Assembly: GCA_002269645.1 (NCBI GenBank)
Contig: NIVC01000544.1
Location: 186,001-250,000, forward strand
Direction of reading: 5' to 3'
Source: Macrostomum lignano
Lineage: Eukaryota
DNA: 64,000 bases
A model generated the notes under the pieces. That model was not told where the DNA came from and made no database searches. It worked only from the letters and a program-made list of their open reading frames with translations. The position numbers were made by a program, and so were the translations under genes. Below are positions 24,821 to 37,664 of this stretch, piece by piece; the first letter of the stretch is position 1, and the number at the start of each line of letters is the position of its first letter.

Positions 24821-25639
24821 TGATGGACAATCGTGGTTGTCTGCGATTCACAGCCATTAAGGGCCAGCCCCCAAGGCACACAGAGTGTACATTCCTGACG
24901 ATTAGATAGTCAGGGCCTGTGTACACCCAGTGTGAGCGTGTGAATGAGTGTGTGACTGCATACAGTATTGGCTTAGCCTGAATGTGCTCAGAAGTCAGCT
25001 GAATGGGCAGAATTGGCTCAGCGGGTAACTGACTGCGGGTAGATGTCGAAGAAGGCGTGTCAAGATGTGGCTAGGATGTGTACAAGCGTATAAATTCAGT
25101 AAGAATTAACATTTTTAAGTATAATAAAGCTGTATTTAATATATTTAAAAATGATACTTTTACTACCTGGACTTCAAGCAATAATTAATTAAGGCGACAA
25201 AACTGATTTCAGCTTTAAAATCTATCAGATAAAAAACCGATACTTTATTAGAATTTGGACAAATTATTTTATAAAAAACACTATTGAAGTTATTGAAGCG
25301 AAATTCTATCACAAAATAGGCACCCGGTGTACGCATTGCATAGAAATGAAACACATCATATTTATTCACTTTAAAAGCGCACATTTGATAAGTTGATGAA
25401 GTTAGTCTAAACTGGAAAAGTGGCATCACTGGCATTGTTTTGGCAACTGCCGCATATCAGAGGCAGCAGTTGACCCCCGCAGCCAGCCATGGACCCCTGG
25501 GCTAGCTCACACAGGGTTCACAGCGGGTGCAGTTTCGACTATTGCTCTGCATTGTCTCAGGCAGTGTGTACACTCTGTTCAAAGTTAGAATTGGTCAACT
25601 TATTTAGAGACAAATGAGATGAGTATTGGAATGAGTAGA

Positions 25640-26850
25640 TAGGAGAGGAAAGGAGAGAGGAGATAAGAGAAGAGGAGAGAGGAGAGGAGAGGGGAGAAGA
25701 GAGGAGATAAGAGGAGAGGAGAGGAGAGGAGAGGGGAGAGCAGAGCAGGGATTAGAGGGAGTGAGGAGAGGAGAGGAGAGGAGAGGGGAGAGCAGAGCAG
25801 GGATTAGAGGGAGTGAGGAGAGGAGAGGAGAGGGGAGAGCAGAGCAGGGATTAGAGGGAGTGAGGAGAGGAGAGGAGAGGGGAGAGCAGAGCAGGGATTA
25901 GAGGGAGTGAGGAGAGGAGAGGAGAGGAGAGGGGAGAGCAGAGCAGGGATTAGAGGGAGTGAGGAGAGGAGAGGAGAGGGGAGAGCAGAGCAGGGATTAG
26001 AGGGAGTGAGGAGAGGAGAGGAGAGGAGAGGGGAGAGCAGAGCAGGGATTAGAGGGAGTGAGGAGAGGAGAGGAGAGGGGAGAGCAGAGCAGGGATTAGA
26101 GGGAGTGAGGAGAGGAGAGGAGAGGAGAGGGGAGAGCAGAGCAGGGATTAGAGGGAGTGAGGAGAGGAGAGGAGAGGAGAGGGGAGAGCAGAGCAGGGAT
26201 TAGAGGGAGTGAGGAGAGGAGAGGAGAGGGGAGAGCAGAGCAGGGATTAGAGGGAGTGAGGAGAGGAGAGGAGAGGAGAGGGGAGAGCAGAGCAGGGATT
26301 AGAGGGAGTGAGGAGAGGAGAGGAGAGGAGAGGGGAGAGCAGAGCAGGGATTAGAGGGAGTGAGGAGAGGAGAGGAGAGGGGAGAGCAGAGCAGGGATTA
26401 GAGGGAGTGAGGAGAGGAGAGGAGAGGGGAGAGCAGAGCAGGGATTAGAGGGAGTGAGGAGAGGAGAGGAGAGGGGAGAGCAGAGCAGGGATTAGAGGGA
26501 GTGAGGAGAGGAGAGGAGAGGGGAGAGCAGAGCAGGGATTAGAGGGAGTGAGGAGAGGAGAGGAGAGGGGAGAGCAGAGCAGGGATTAGAGGGAGTGAGG
26601 AGAGGAGAGGAGAGGGGAGAGCAGAGCAGGGATTAGAGGGAGTGAGGAGAGGAGAGGAGAGGGGAGAGCAGAGCAGGGATTAGAGGGAGTGAGGAGAGGA
26701 GAGGAGAGGAGAGGAGAGAGCAGAGCAGGGATTAGAGGGGAGTGAGGAGAGGAGAGGAGAGGGGAGAGCAGAGCAGGGATTAGAGGGAGTGAGGAGAGGA
26801 GAGGAGAGGGGAGAGCAGAGCAGGGATTAGAGGGAGTGAGGAGAGGAGAG
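25640..26850. repeat. 47/52-bp purine-rich minisatellite (gagcagagcagggattagagggagtgag(gagag)n)
   Basis: About 23 tandem units. Confidence 0.95.
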
Positions 26851-27554
26851 GTTGGAGAAGAAAAAGAGAGAAGAGAGCTGGCAAGAGCCACACAGGTTAG
26901 GCGGGCCATGATTGCTATTGTACTGACTCAAAGGACCCCCGAGGGTCGGATAGAGAGGCTTCGCTGACCGCATGTGACCGCCCATAAGGGTTGGCCCCGC
27001 ACTGGAGAGACCAACGCAAGACAAGTGGAAGCGAACCTTTTGAATATTATGATTTTTCACGCCGTAAGCATAGTAAATGATCAATTCAGCTACAAAGGCA
27101 TCAGACATAGGCGCCAGGTGACCAGGCTCCAATACGAGCATCGCAGGCCAGTTTCGGTGAGTAGGAATGCGGCAGATCCCTGAGCAGCGGGTGCAGCCGA
27201 AGCCCAGACAGAGTCTCATTAAACAGAAGGTGCGAAGGCACAAATGCGCTGATGTACAGGCGGTGTCGCTGTGGATCCGACAGTCGAAGCCGACTAACGG
27301 CCGTTCGCAACTGACCGGCCAGATGTCCGACTGCGTCCGATTCTGTCCGGCAGTAGATGTTCAGCACCAGGTGGAGCCCGCCAACCGGTACTGAGGTCCA
27401 GTTGGCTATGCTGACACCGGTTACTTCACCGGTGGGCACCAGGCCAGGCTATGAGTAACTGGCCATCACCTGGGGCGCGGGTTTGGGATAAATTTTATTT
27501 AATTAAACTATTGTTTTCGTATCGCCTAATTGCTTAAAGCAACTAAACAGCTCT

Positions 27555-27930
27555 TTGGGAGAATTTGGTGGGGAGAATCTTGGTAGAGAGAATCTTGGTA
27601 AGGAGAATCTTGATGGGGAGAATCTTGGTGGAGAGAATCTTGGCAAGGAGAATCTTGATGGGGAGAATCTTGGTGGGGAGAATCTTGGTAAGGAGAATCT
27701 TGGTGGGGAGAATCTTGGCAAGGAGAATCTTGATGGGGAGAATCTTGGTGGGGAGAATCTTGATGGGGAGAATCTTGGTGGAGAGAATCTTGGTAAGGAG
27801 AATCTTGGTAAGGAGAATCTTGGTGGGGAGAATCTTGGTGGAGAGAATCTTGGTAAGGAGAATCTTGGTGCGGGATCTTATAGGGGGATCTTAGTGGAAG
27901 AATCTTGGTGAGGAGAATCTTGGTAGGTCT
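27555..27930. repeat. 15-bp minisatellite (gagaatcttggtggg) in copy C intron 2
   Basis: About 24 units. Confidence 0.93.
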
Positions 27931-28529
27931 AATGTCTTAGTCTTGGTCTATAGTGTATATGGTAATGATTGGTCGTCATCCAATTGGTTTCCATGAAAAA
28001 GTACTTCAAGTGTTACCTGATGCAGATAGTTATTCCATATTTTCAGATTCCCTGTAGACATTACAAGGGACTCCTTGGCAATGAGAATGTGTTGGTCAGG
28101 TTTAAACAACCGGTTCTCAGTGCTACTGCAAACAGACTCTGAGCTGAGAAACTGGACAGGATCGGACACTGGCACCGGCTCGCCTTGTCGCGGTTCGCTA
28201 GCCGCAAATCTCGTTGCCAAATTTTCCCAATAATCCGCTGTACATTCAAATCCTAATTGTTGATTGTGTAGCACTACTTTTAGTAGGTGTTGACGATTCT
28301 CAAAGAATTTTCTATTATAAACTGGAAGGCTGTAGACACCGCAACAGCCGGCTAGGCTATGCAGACGGGGCTGCAGATGCTCCAATAGAGCTCGAGTGGC
28401 GTAAGACATCAGGCCGAAATCCCTGACACCTGCTACAGTTCGACCACCGCCGAACGACAGATTGCGACCGCCTTCGTTCACGATTGCGTAGGCAAATGTG
28501 AGCTGCAGGGTTTAGAGGGGACACTGAGC

Positions 28530-29125
28530 CATAGAGCCATGTACATTAGAGATAGGGCCATAGACTAATGCTGTGTACTGAATGTACATTAGAGATAGAA
28601 CCATAGACTAATGCTGTATACTGAATGTCCATTAGAGATAGGGCCATAGACTAATGCTGTGTATTGAATGTACATTAGAGATAGAACCATAGACTAATGC
28701 TGTATACTGAATGTCCATTAGAGATAGGGCCATAGACTAATGCTGTGTACTGAATGTACATTAGAGATAGAACCATAGACTAATGCTGTGTACTGAATGT
28801 CCATTTGAGATAGGGCCAGACTGGTGCTGTGTACTGAATGTACATTAGAGATAGGGCCAGACTGGTGCTGTGTACTGAATGTACATTAGAGATAAAGCCA
28901 TAGGCTAATTCTGTGTACTGAATGTACATTAGGGACACAGAGCCATAGACTGGTGCTGTGTACTGAATGTACATTAGGGACACAGAGCCATAGACTGGTG
29001 CTGTGTACTGAATGTACATTAGGGACACAGAACCATAGCTAATAATGTGCACTGAATGTACAATAAGGACACAAAGCCATAGACTAATGCATTGCACTGA
29101 ATGTACAATAGGGACACGCAAGACA
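28530..29125. repeat. 43-bp minisatellite in copy C intron 1
   Basis: ccatagactaatgctgtgtactgaatgtacattagagatag repeats about 13 times. Confidence 0.93.
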
Positions 29126-31162
29126 CCATAAACTGCAAAACAAGAGCACAGACATAAACGCAAAATACAGAATGTACTTTGATTATTTAGCTCATGACTT
29201 ACAATTTTATTATTAACGGTATCAACAGCCACAATTCCGTAGCGATCATCGTGCCTGATAATTTCATCATAATAATCCTGCATATAGTCAAGTCCGTAGT
29301 GAATATCCGGTTCAATTTTCAACACTTCCGCTTTATCCGCCAGAGTGGCCAAACGAAATTGTAAATTCTCTTTCGGTATGGGAAATTTTTTAAATTTCTC
29401 CTCTAAATTGGCCTGCATGCTGATTTGGCTCAGCGAGGTGACTCGACGCTGGCCAGCCGTGGACAAGAAGCGGCGAGTGCAGAGAGCGGCGACTGATGAC
29501 ATGCTTGCCATTGCGCTGGAATTTTTATTAAGAAACGACGAAAAATACTGTTAGCTACATGCAACCTACTAATAGTAGAAAGAATAGTAAAACACTAGGC
29601 AAAACTCATTCCTATGCGTAGCCAACGGGATTTTATCTCAGTGGAATCCCCCAGTAGAATTCACCATGGGGTTCCTATCCATGGATTTCCCTCAAAGGAA
29701 CCACTAATTTAGTGGAATCCCCCCAGCTAAATCACTCTACTTCTGTAGAACTTTTCTGTGGCATTCCAGCTGTTGAAATACGCTGCACACAAACTACTAA
29801 CAGCAGATTAGTAAAGAATATATATACACTAAAAAAACAGAACATTTTATTTTAGGATTAATTAAATAAAATTGTGCAGAACAGACGTTTCAAACATAAC
29901 AATAATTCTTAAAATTTCAGAAAAAAACTTCCCTGTTTCGCTTCGATAGCTTTTAAACTGAACTAATTTGAAAACCGTTCACGAACTACTTGAAATCTTT
30001 GTGCTACCAGGTAAATTGAGAACAAGATTAACTAACTACAAGTAATAAGCTAGGATAATATAAAAATCGTTTGAAATACGAGTATAATAGAAATATCAGA
30101 AGACAGGGGAAAGACATGACAGACGAGCACAACCGCTGATACTGACAACAGATTAACCGCTGTTATTAAAATAAACTTCATCTGTATCGATAAGCTCTAT
30201 CAATTAAACTTGTTCATTTTCAAACAAAACTGATACAGACACCAGCTACGAGAATTTGCTTATAAACTACTTTTAAGTTAGTAGTACGACACTAAGATAA
30301 TATCCTAAAATTGATATAAATAAACCGACTGTTCTTGGACATTTTTGTGAGCTAAGACAATTTACTATCTACTCCGTTTGGTTTTGTCTCGCATAGAGAC
30401 GCCTAACCGCAGTACCCCTGTGAAACTTGTCTCTGCCTGGCTGAAAAGCTTGTAATGAGTGAGTAGGCTGGGTTGGAGGGTAATAGTGGATCGGGAAGGG
30501 CTGAGGGTAGCTGTATAGGAAGGCAGGCCTATACCTGTACCAGTTGGTGCTCTGACGGTCCCCCTCGGAATGCTCTCTGAGCGTACAGCCAGCGACCCTA
30601 TTAAAGCTGGAGTGTGCCAGAACCAGGACTGAGTCTGACCAGGACGAGACCGTTGGCACGGTCACTATAGAAATGGTGGGTTGGCGAAGCAAAGGGTGAA
30701 ACAGTCCCGGCGATTAGCCCTCCTGCCGCTTCAAAGATAAGAGACTGTCTTGGCAAGAGTTCCCGGGGTTTAGTTGGGGGGGGGGGGAGGCTCCTTCGGG
30801 TTGCCACGGCCGTGGGGGCGGTCATATAACCGGTTTATTTGGCATTACTAACCCGGAGAAGGCACGGGCTTCCCTGATTGGTTCTCTTAATCCCCTCTGG
30901 CCCCGGGGAGGTTTTGATTTGAGCTTGGCTTAACGCCCCGAAGGCAGGGGGTAGGGCCCGCCCTTTGCCCGACTGGTGAGCCTGCTCAGCTTGTTGGCCA
31001 GTCACTCTCACTCTAGCTTAGGAACCTTGTGTACAGTTGAACACTCCCAATCTGGAGCTGGAACCCAATATTCTCTAGTGGCGTAAGAGCCTGTTCAATG
31101 GCTGAGGCGCCGAAATTACTTATTTAGTAGTAGTAGTACTATCTACTCGATAGACTATCTAT

Positions 31163-31792
31163 ACAGATACTAGATTAACTAGATGGGCCACTCAGCACAT
31201 TTGCGTGTAAGCTACTTTCAGTTCAGTAGTAGGATTAACAGAGCATTTTAATGTATTTTTAAAGCCAAGGCTCATTTATTGGCTCCCACCCCCCGAGCTT
31301 AAACTCTCCAACCGCGCCTTTCCGCAATATCCTCCCATACATGCGCAACTTTGGGAATCACCCGGCCGTTTCTATTGGCAACACATATATGTAAGTCGCT
31401 ATTGGCTGAGAGCAGTCACGTGACTACTATTCCGTCCGATAGCGACTTACGTGTGTGTGTTGCCAATAGAAACGGCCGAGTGAATCCCAAGGTTGCGCCC
31501 AAGCATGCCCCCATCCGACCCAATTTTTATTGCCGTTCTCGGAATTCCAGCCTAAAGCTGCCATGATGTACATTCCAGTGGACTGGCTAATGTACATTAT
31601 TGCTGAACAAATTAGCAAGTTGTTTACGCCTGCAAGCTTGGGCTTTCTAAACTTATCAGTCATTTCAGCTGCCTTGTTTTTATAGAGTAGCTTATGTATT
31701 CCTCTTTGCTACTGAACTGAAAGTTAAGTTAACTGAAAGCTGTTTTATTAAGTATATGCCTGAGTGGCCCATCTAGTTATTTTAGTATCTGT
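31163..31792. mobile_element. Second, longer copy of the 9024-9465 MITE family with an internal palindrome
   Basis: TIRs acagatacta..aactagatgggccactcag / ctgagtggcccatctagtt..tagtatctgt; internal sequence homologous to the 9-kb copy; no clean TSD seen. Confidence 0.8.
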
Positions 31793-31802
31793 TGTCTAGT
31801 AC

Positions 31803-31952
31803 GACTGTGAAATTGTCACTGACAGACTGTGAAATTGTCACTGACAGACTGTGAAATTGTCACTGACAGACTGTGAAATTGTCACTGACAGACTGTGAAA
31901 TTGTCACTGACAGACTGTGAAATTGTCACTGACAGACTGTGAAATTGTCACT
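31803..31952. repeat. 22-bp perfect tandem repeat (gactgtgaaattgtcactgaca), about 7 copies
   Basis: Period 22 with near-identical units. Confidence 0.95.
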
Positions 31953-32036
31953 GGAAGCCAAATGCCGTATGCTGGTAGACCTAAAAAACCAGTAAAAATT
32001 CAATCTGAAAAAATCACTCAACAGTGCTTAACAATG

Positions 32037-33109
32037 TCAGACAAAGGTTCCGGGAGACCAGGCCACAATACGAGCATCGCAGGCCAGTTTCGGTGAGTAG
32101 GAATGCGGCAGATCCCTGAGCAGCGGGTGCAGCCGAAGCCCAGACAGAGTCTCATTAAACAGAAGGTGCGAAGGCACAAATGCGCTGATGTACAGGCGGT
32201 GCCGCTGTGGATCCGACAGTCGAAGCCGACTAACGGCCGTTCGCAACTGACCGGCCAGATGTCCGACTGCGTCCGATTCTGTCCGGCAGTAGATGTTCAG
32301 CACCAGGTGGAGCCCGCCAACCGGTACTGAGGTCCAGTTGGCTATGCTAACACCGGTTACTTCACCGGTGGGCACCAGGCCGGGCTCCGAGTAACTGGCC
32401 ATCACCTGGGGCGCGGTTTTGGTGACAAATGTGACAGTTGGTCATTATTGGAGTGACAGATGTGACAGCTGGTCATTATTAGAGCGACAGACGTGACAGC
32501 CGGTCATTATAACAGTGACAAATTTGAGTGACATAGAAAATTAATAAAGCAATATAAACTAACCTGATGCAGAAATTTTCTCCAAATAAGCAGATTGCCT
32601 CTAGAGATTGTCAGCGGTTCCTTAGCAACAAGTATATACTGTTGAGGCTTCAACAGGCGGTTCTCTGTACTGCTGCAGACCGACTCTGAGCACAAGAAGT
32701 CAACAGGATTGGACACTAAGTGAGGCTCCTCTAGACTAGAGGAAGGCCCAGTAGCAAATCTATTAGCTAAAGCAGCCAGGTAGTCGGCCGAGCATTCAAA
32801 TCCCAGCTGCTGGTTGAGCAGCACAACTCTAGTTGTCAGGTCACCGCCCAGCTGATCGAAATAACGCCTAGTATAAGTTGGCAGACTATAGACTCCGCAG
32901 CACATTACAACAGGGTGCAGGCGCGGTTTTAACATTTCAAACAGTGCTTGTGAACTTCGAGCTGCCAACGAGTAGGCGCGAAAGTCCTTGACTGTGCGGC
33001 CGCCACCGTAGGACAAGTTACGGCCTTCGTGGTTAACGATAGCGTAGCCGAATGACAACTGCGGTGATTATAATGGATGGGGCACGTCTTATTAAATAGA
33101 TATATAGAT

Positions 33110-33182
<73 letters not shown>

Positions 33183-33687
33183 GATAGATAGATAGATCGT
33201 CTCTACACATCTATCTCGTAAATAACCTCGTATCAGGATAGATAGTCAGTCAGTCAGTGAGTGAGTGAGTCAGTCAGTCAGTACTCACAACTCTATTGCT
33301 GGCCTTATCAACAGTCACAATGCCGGTCCGGTGTTGGCTGCTCACAATATACTCATAGTAGTCAGGCAAATAGTCAAGGCCATAGTGAATATCTGGCTCA
33401 ATGCTGAGCACCTGATCTCTGTCGTCTAGAGTAGCTAAACGTAACTGCAAATTCTCTCTTGGAATAGGCAGACGAGACCATCGTTCGCGTAGAATATCTT
33501 GTCGTTTAGCGTTAACAGAGACTGGCTGCTTTGATGAGCTCTCCCTATTATTGGCAAATGCGGTAGTAGTATTACTTTTAGTAGAATATAAAATACACTG
33601 CTGCGTTGTCGAAGTCTTCGTTCTCATATAGAATGACAAAGTCAGTAGGAAGTTCGGACTAGGAGTCACTCGGTTCCAAGGCTTCAT
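32037..33687 (-). CDS. GNAT acetyltransferase, NAT16/histidine N-acetyltransferase-like, copy D (intact)
   Basis: Exons 33687-33289, 33058-32564 and 32405-32037, with the same intron positions as copy C. Motifs LQLRLATLDDRDQV..I..DIHYGLDYLPDYY and YAIVNHEGR...GGGRT...FR. Confidence 0.78.
33100..33280. repeat. (GATA)n and (CAGT)n microsatellites in copy D intron 1
   Basis: Direct reading. Confidence 0.95.
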
Positions 33688-33994
33688 TTCATTAATTTAA
33701 ATTGCTTAAATAAGTAAAATAGATAGATGGTTACATGTAACAGGCCCTAATGAACACGTATGGAGGCTTGCTGTTTATCTTATCAAAATTTTCATTGGTA
33801 CAACGCATTTTATTTCGGTACACTAAACTCTGCCTGAGAATTATTAGAGCCTAAGTATTACAAATAACAGTAAATTGTTACATTTATAATAGGCTGAATT
33901 GCATATTTATTGCACAGTAATAAAGTATTGCTAAGTTTATTAAATCAAGTTAAATATGTGTACTGATGGCTCTATGCAGGCATTGAAAATTCAC

Positions 33995-34620
33995 TCGCCA
34001 AGTCTATCTAGATATTGAAGAGCCACTCGCTAAGTCTATCTAGACATTTAAATTCACTCGCTAAGTCTATCTAGATATTGAAGAGCCACTCGCTAAGTCT
34101 ATCTAGACATTTAAAGCCACTCGCTAAGTCTATCTAGATATTGAAGAGCCACTCGCTAAGTCTATCTAGACATTTAAAGCCACTCGCTAAGTCTATCTAG
34201 ATATTGAAGAGCCACTCGCTAAGTCTATCTAGACATTTAAAGCCACTCGCTAAGTCTATCTAGATATTGAAGAGCCACTCGCTAAGTCTATCTAGACATT
34301 TAAATTCACTCGCTAAGTCTATCTAGATATTGAAGAGCCACTCGCTAAGTCTATCTAGACATTTAAATTCACTCGCTAAGTCTATCTAGATATTGAAGAG
34401 CCACTCGCTAAGTCTATCTAGACATTTAAAGCCACTCGCTAAGTCTATTTAGACATTTAAAGCCACTCGTTAAGCCTATCTAGATATTGAAGAGTCACTC
34501 GCTAAGTCTATCTAGATATTGAAGAGCCACTCGCTAAGCCTATCTAGACATTTAAAGCCACTCGCTAAGCCTATCTAGATATTGAAGAGTCACTCGCTAA
34601 GCCTATCTAGATATTGAATA
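33995..34620. repeat. 31/32-bp alternating minisatellite (gccactcgctaagtctatctaga...)
   Basis: Two variants (tattgaaga / catttaaa) alternate, giving a 63-bp dimer. Confidence 0.93.
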
Positions 34621-35559
34621 CCGCTCTCTAAAGTACATCGCTATCATGCAGGAAAAATGAAAAAAAAACGAAAAGAACAATGAAAATTGTACCAACAGTT
34701 ATTACAGAGCAAAAACTAGCCGAGGTACTTAAGTGGCTAATATTATAATTATTATATTGAAAAATTTCACTGAATACGCTAAATTCAAAACATGCAGATA
34801 AAACAAAAAATAGATTTAGATATTTAATTTATAGCAAATATGCCGATCTGTTACCAACTGTGTTCTCTCTATATGAATCTAAACCAGAATCAACACTTTT
34901 ACAAAAAAAAGTTATTTACGCATATATTTATTATAGGTAAAAAACACAGAACAGCACTCACTACTAAAGTCACAGCGGCAGACGAAACAAAAATTTCACC
35001 CTCTGAGAGAGAATTCAGTAAAGTAGCAAAAAGTGTCATGCACGAACAAATATTCGAGTGGCTCGTAGTATTTTTCAAAACACACAATGAATATATGAAT
35101 AGTTTGGTAGGGTTTCGCAGAAATATATTATTTAAACTTGGTACAAAACGTATCCATATGCACAAGGGTAACCGCGCAAAAAAAGAACAACACACAACTT
35201 CAGCTGTTTCAAACTGCATGCAAAATAAAACAAATACAATTATGAAAGCTATTAATCTGTGAATTGATGAGAAAGTTATTAACAAATACGCTCGATTTAA
35301 AATTGAAATCAGCTGCAGATCAGAGCAAGGCAGTAAAGGGAAAGACTGTAATAAATACATATTTATTTTACTTTTTAGTTACTTTCTGTATTAGTAACAA
35401 ATTTTAAATCAAATGTGAATAAAAACTTTGCGATTACGGCCTGAAGTTAAGCAGACAGAGAGGGTAAGAGAGTGTAAAAAATCTGCGAGAGGCCATAGCT
35501 CTCTATGAGAAGCTACAGAAATCTAGCAGGGCATGGATGTCTAGATGGTATAGGGCATC

Positions 35560-36150
35560 TAGGACAGAGCAAAGAGACCTAGGAGAGGGGATAGATATAT
35601 TTAGGGGAGAGTATAGACATCTAAGAGAGGATAGAGACCTAGGAGAGGGTATAGACATCTAACAGAGGGTATAGACATCTAACAGGGTATAGACAGGTAA
35701 CTAGGATAGGGTATGGACAGGCACCTAGGATAGGGTATATACATTTAACAGAGGGTATAGACATCTAACAGAGGGTACATACATCTAACAGGGTATAGAC
35801 AGGTACCTAGGATAGAGTATATACATTTAACAGAGGGTATAGACATCTAGCAGAGGATATAGACATAACTGAGAGTATAGACATCTAACAGAGGGTATAG
35901 ACATCTAACATAGGGTATAGACAGGCAACCAGGACAGGGTATAGACAGGCACCTAGGATAGGGTATAGGCATTTAACCAGGGATATAGACATCTAGCAGA
36001 GGATATAGACACATAACTGAGAGTATAGACATCAACAAATGGTATAGACTCATAGGAGAGGGCATAGACACCCAGAAGGAGAGGGCATAGACATCTAACA
36101 GAGTATACCTGTGGTAGATACCGAGGAGAGGGTATAGACATCTGGGAGGG
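35560..36150. repeat. Degenerate ~20-bp minisatellite (agagggtatagacatctaac)
   Basis: Diverged tandem units. Confidence 0.85.
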
Positions 36151-36759
36151 TATGGTAAGCTAGAAGCTAGTTACATAAATTGAGTCGAGAGAGAGAGAGT
36201 TTAGAAATTGAGTGGAGTAGACAAATCATAAAATGAAGCGAATTGTTATTTTAGCAGTACAAGAACCTTCGATACGAAGGTTCACAACCCTGGATAAAGA
36301 GTTGAAAAAAAACACAACAAAATTGATTTGTTATAAATATACATCACACGAGAACATATCGTATTATACGCAAAAAAACTTAAGCGGTTTAAAGCGGTGA
36401 AAACTAAAAACAATGTGAACGAAAAAATAAAATTACATTCGATGGACAAGTACGGTTTGTGACAACAGGATTTTGCAGAAAACTGAAAAAATTATTTTAA
36501 AGTTTTTTATTGCCGATTCTGATTTTACCAGACTTGCTTAAACAGCGTTATTGCATTTTTAAAAAAAACTTTAAAGAACAAGGCTTGGTGTGACAAAAAA
36601 CAGGAAATATAAAAATGGTTCGGCTGCTTGAAGACTTGCGCACGCAAAAGTGCAATGCTGATGAAATTTATATTACGATGTATATAGCAAGACGCAAAAA
36701 TACGCGATATACAACTTGTACTTCTTGTAAGTTGTAAAGTTAGGATGTTGTCTTTTTGA

Positions 36760-37215
36760 AAGTACACTGGGGCTGAGTGGGGTTTGCGGATAGAAGGCAC
36801 TGTACATTAGGGCAGAGAGGGGTTTGCGGGGAGGAAGCAGTGTACATTGGGGCTGAGCGGGGGGTTGCGGGAAAGAGGCAGTGTACATTGGGGCTGAGTG
36901 GGGGGTTGCGGGAAAGAGGCAGTGTACATTGAGGCTGAGTGGGGGGTTGCGGGAAAGAGGCAGTGTACATTGGGGCTGAGTGGGGGTCGCGGGAAAGAGG
37001 CAGTGTACATTGGGGCTGAGTGGGGGTTGCGGAAAAGAGGCAATGTACATTGGGGCTGTGTGGGTGGTCGGGAAAGAGGCAGTGTACATTGGGGCTTTGT
37101 GGGGTGGTCGGGAAAGAGGCAGTGTACATTGGGGCTGAGTGGGGGTTGCGGGGAGGAGGCAGGCAGTGCACATTGGGACTGAGTGGGGGTTGCGGGGAGG
37201 AGGCAGTGTACATCA
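36760..37215. repeat. ~40-bp G-rich minisatellite (ggcagtgtacattggggctgagtgggggttgcggg...)
   Basis: About 11 units. Confidence 0.92.
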
Positions 37216-37664
37216 GTACATTTTCATTGTTGTGTAAGTTTGATTTTTCGAATGAATAAACACAGTATGTTTCGATATTTACTAAACTGCAATTTCAGAT
37301 AGTTTAACAAATTCAAGATTAAAAATTCACTAACAAAACAAAAAATTCTGTATCAGAACTACTATTACGAATAAAAAAAGTTCATCCATACTAAAATAAG
37401 TGAAGCGAGATCACAACAGGTTTGAAAAAAGAACGCGCACAAATCCTTAGAGAAAATGCTCGCGTTTTCTAAACGAGAATAACAAAACATAGAATAATTT
37501 TATTTGTGCCAGATTGCAAATAGGTTGCGCTGTATTATAGCATAGGTATTTATCATATTTACAATATCAAGTGTGTCGTTATAAAATTATGAAAAAACTA
37601 CTATCATAATTTATTTAAGCGAAATGGTAAACAAAAAAACGTTCTTGCGGTTCAAGTATTTTAA

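Larger units (their letters stand above)
27101..29511 (-). pseudogene. GNAT acetyltransferase, NAT16/histidine N-acetyltransferase-like, copy C; in-frame TAG in exon 3
   Basis: Exons 29511-29203, 28502-28017 and 27469-27101 (all phase 0). Motifs LQFRLATLAD..EV..I..DIHYGLDY..DYY and AIVNEGGR..FGGGRT....RDFGL. TAG at 27451-27449 where the paralog has GAG. Pseudogene status is uncertain. Confidence 0.6.
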
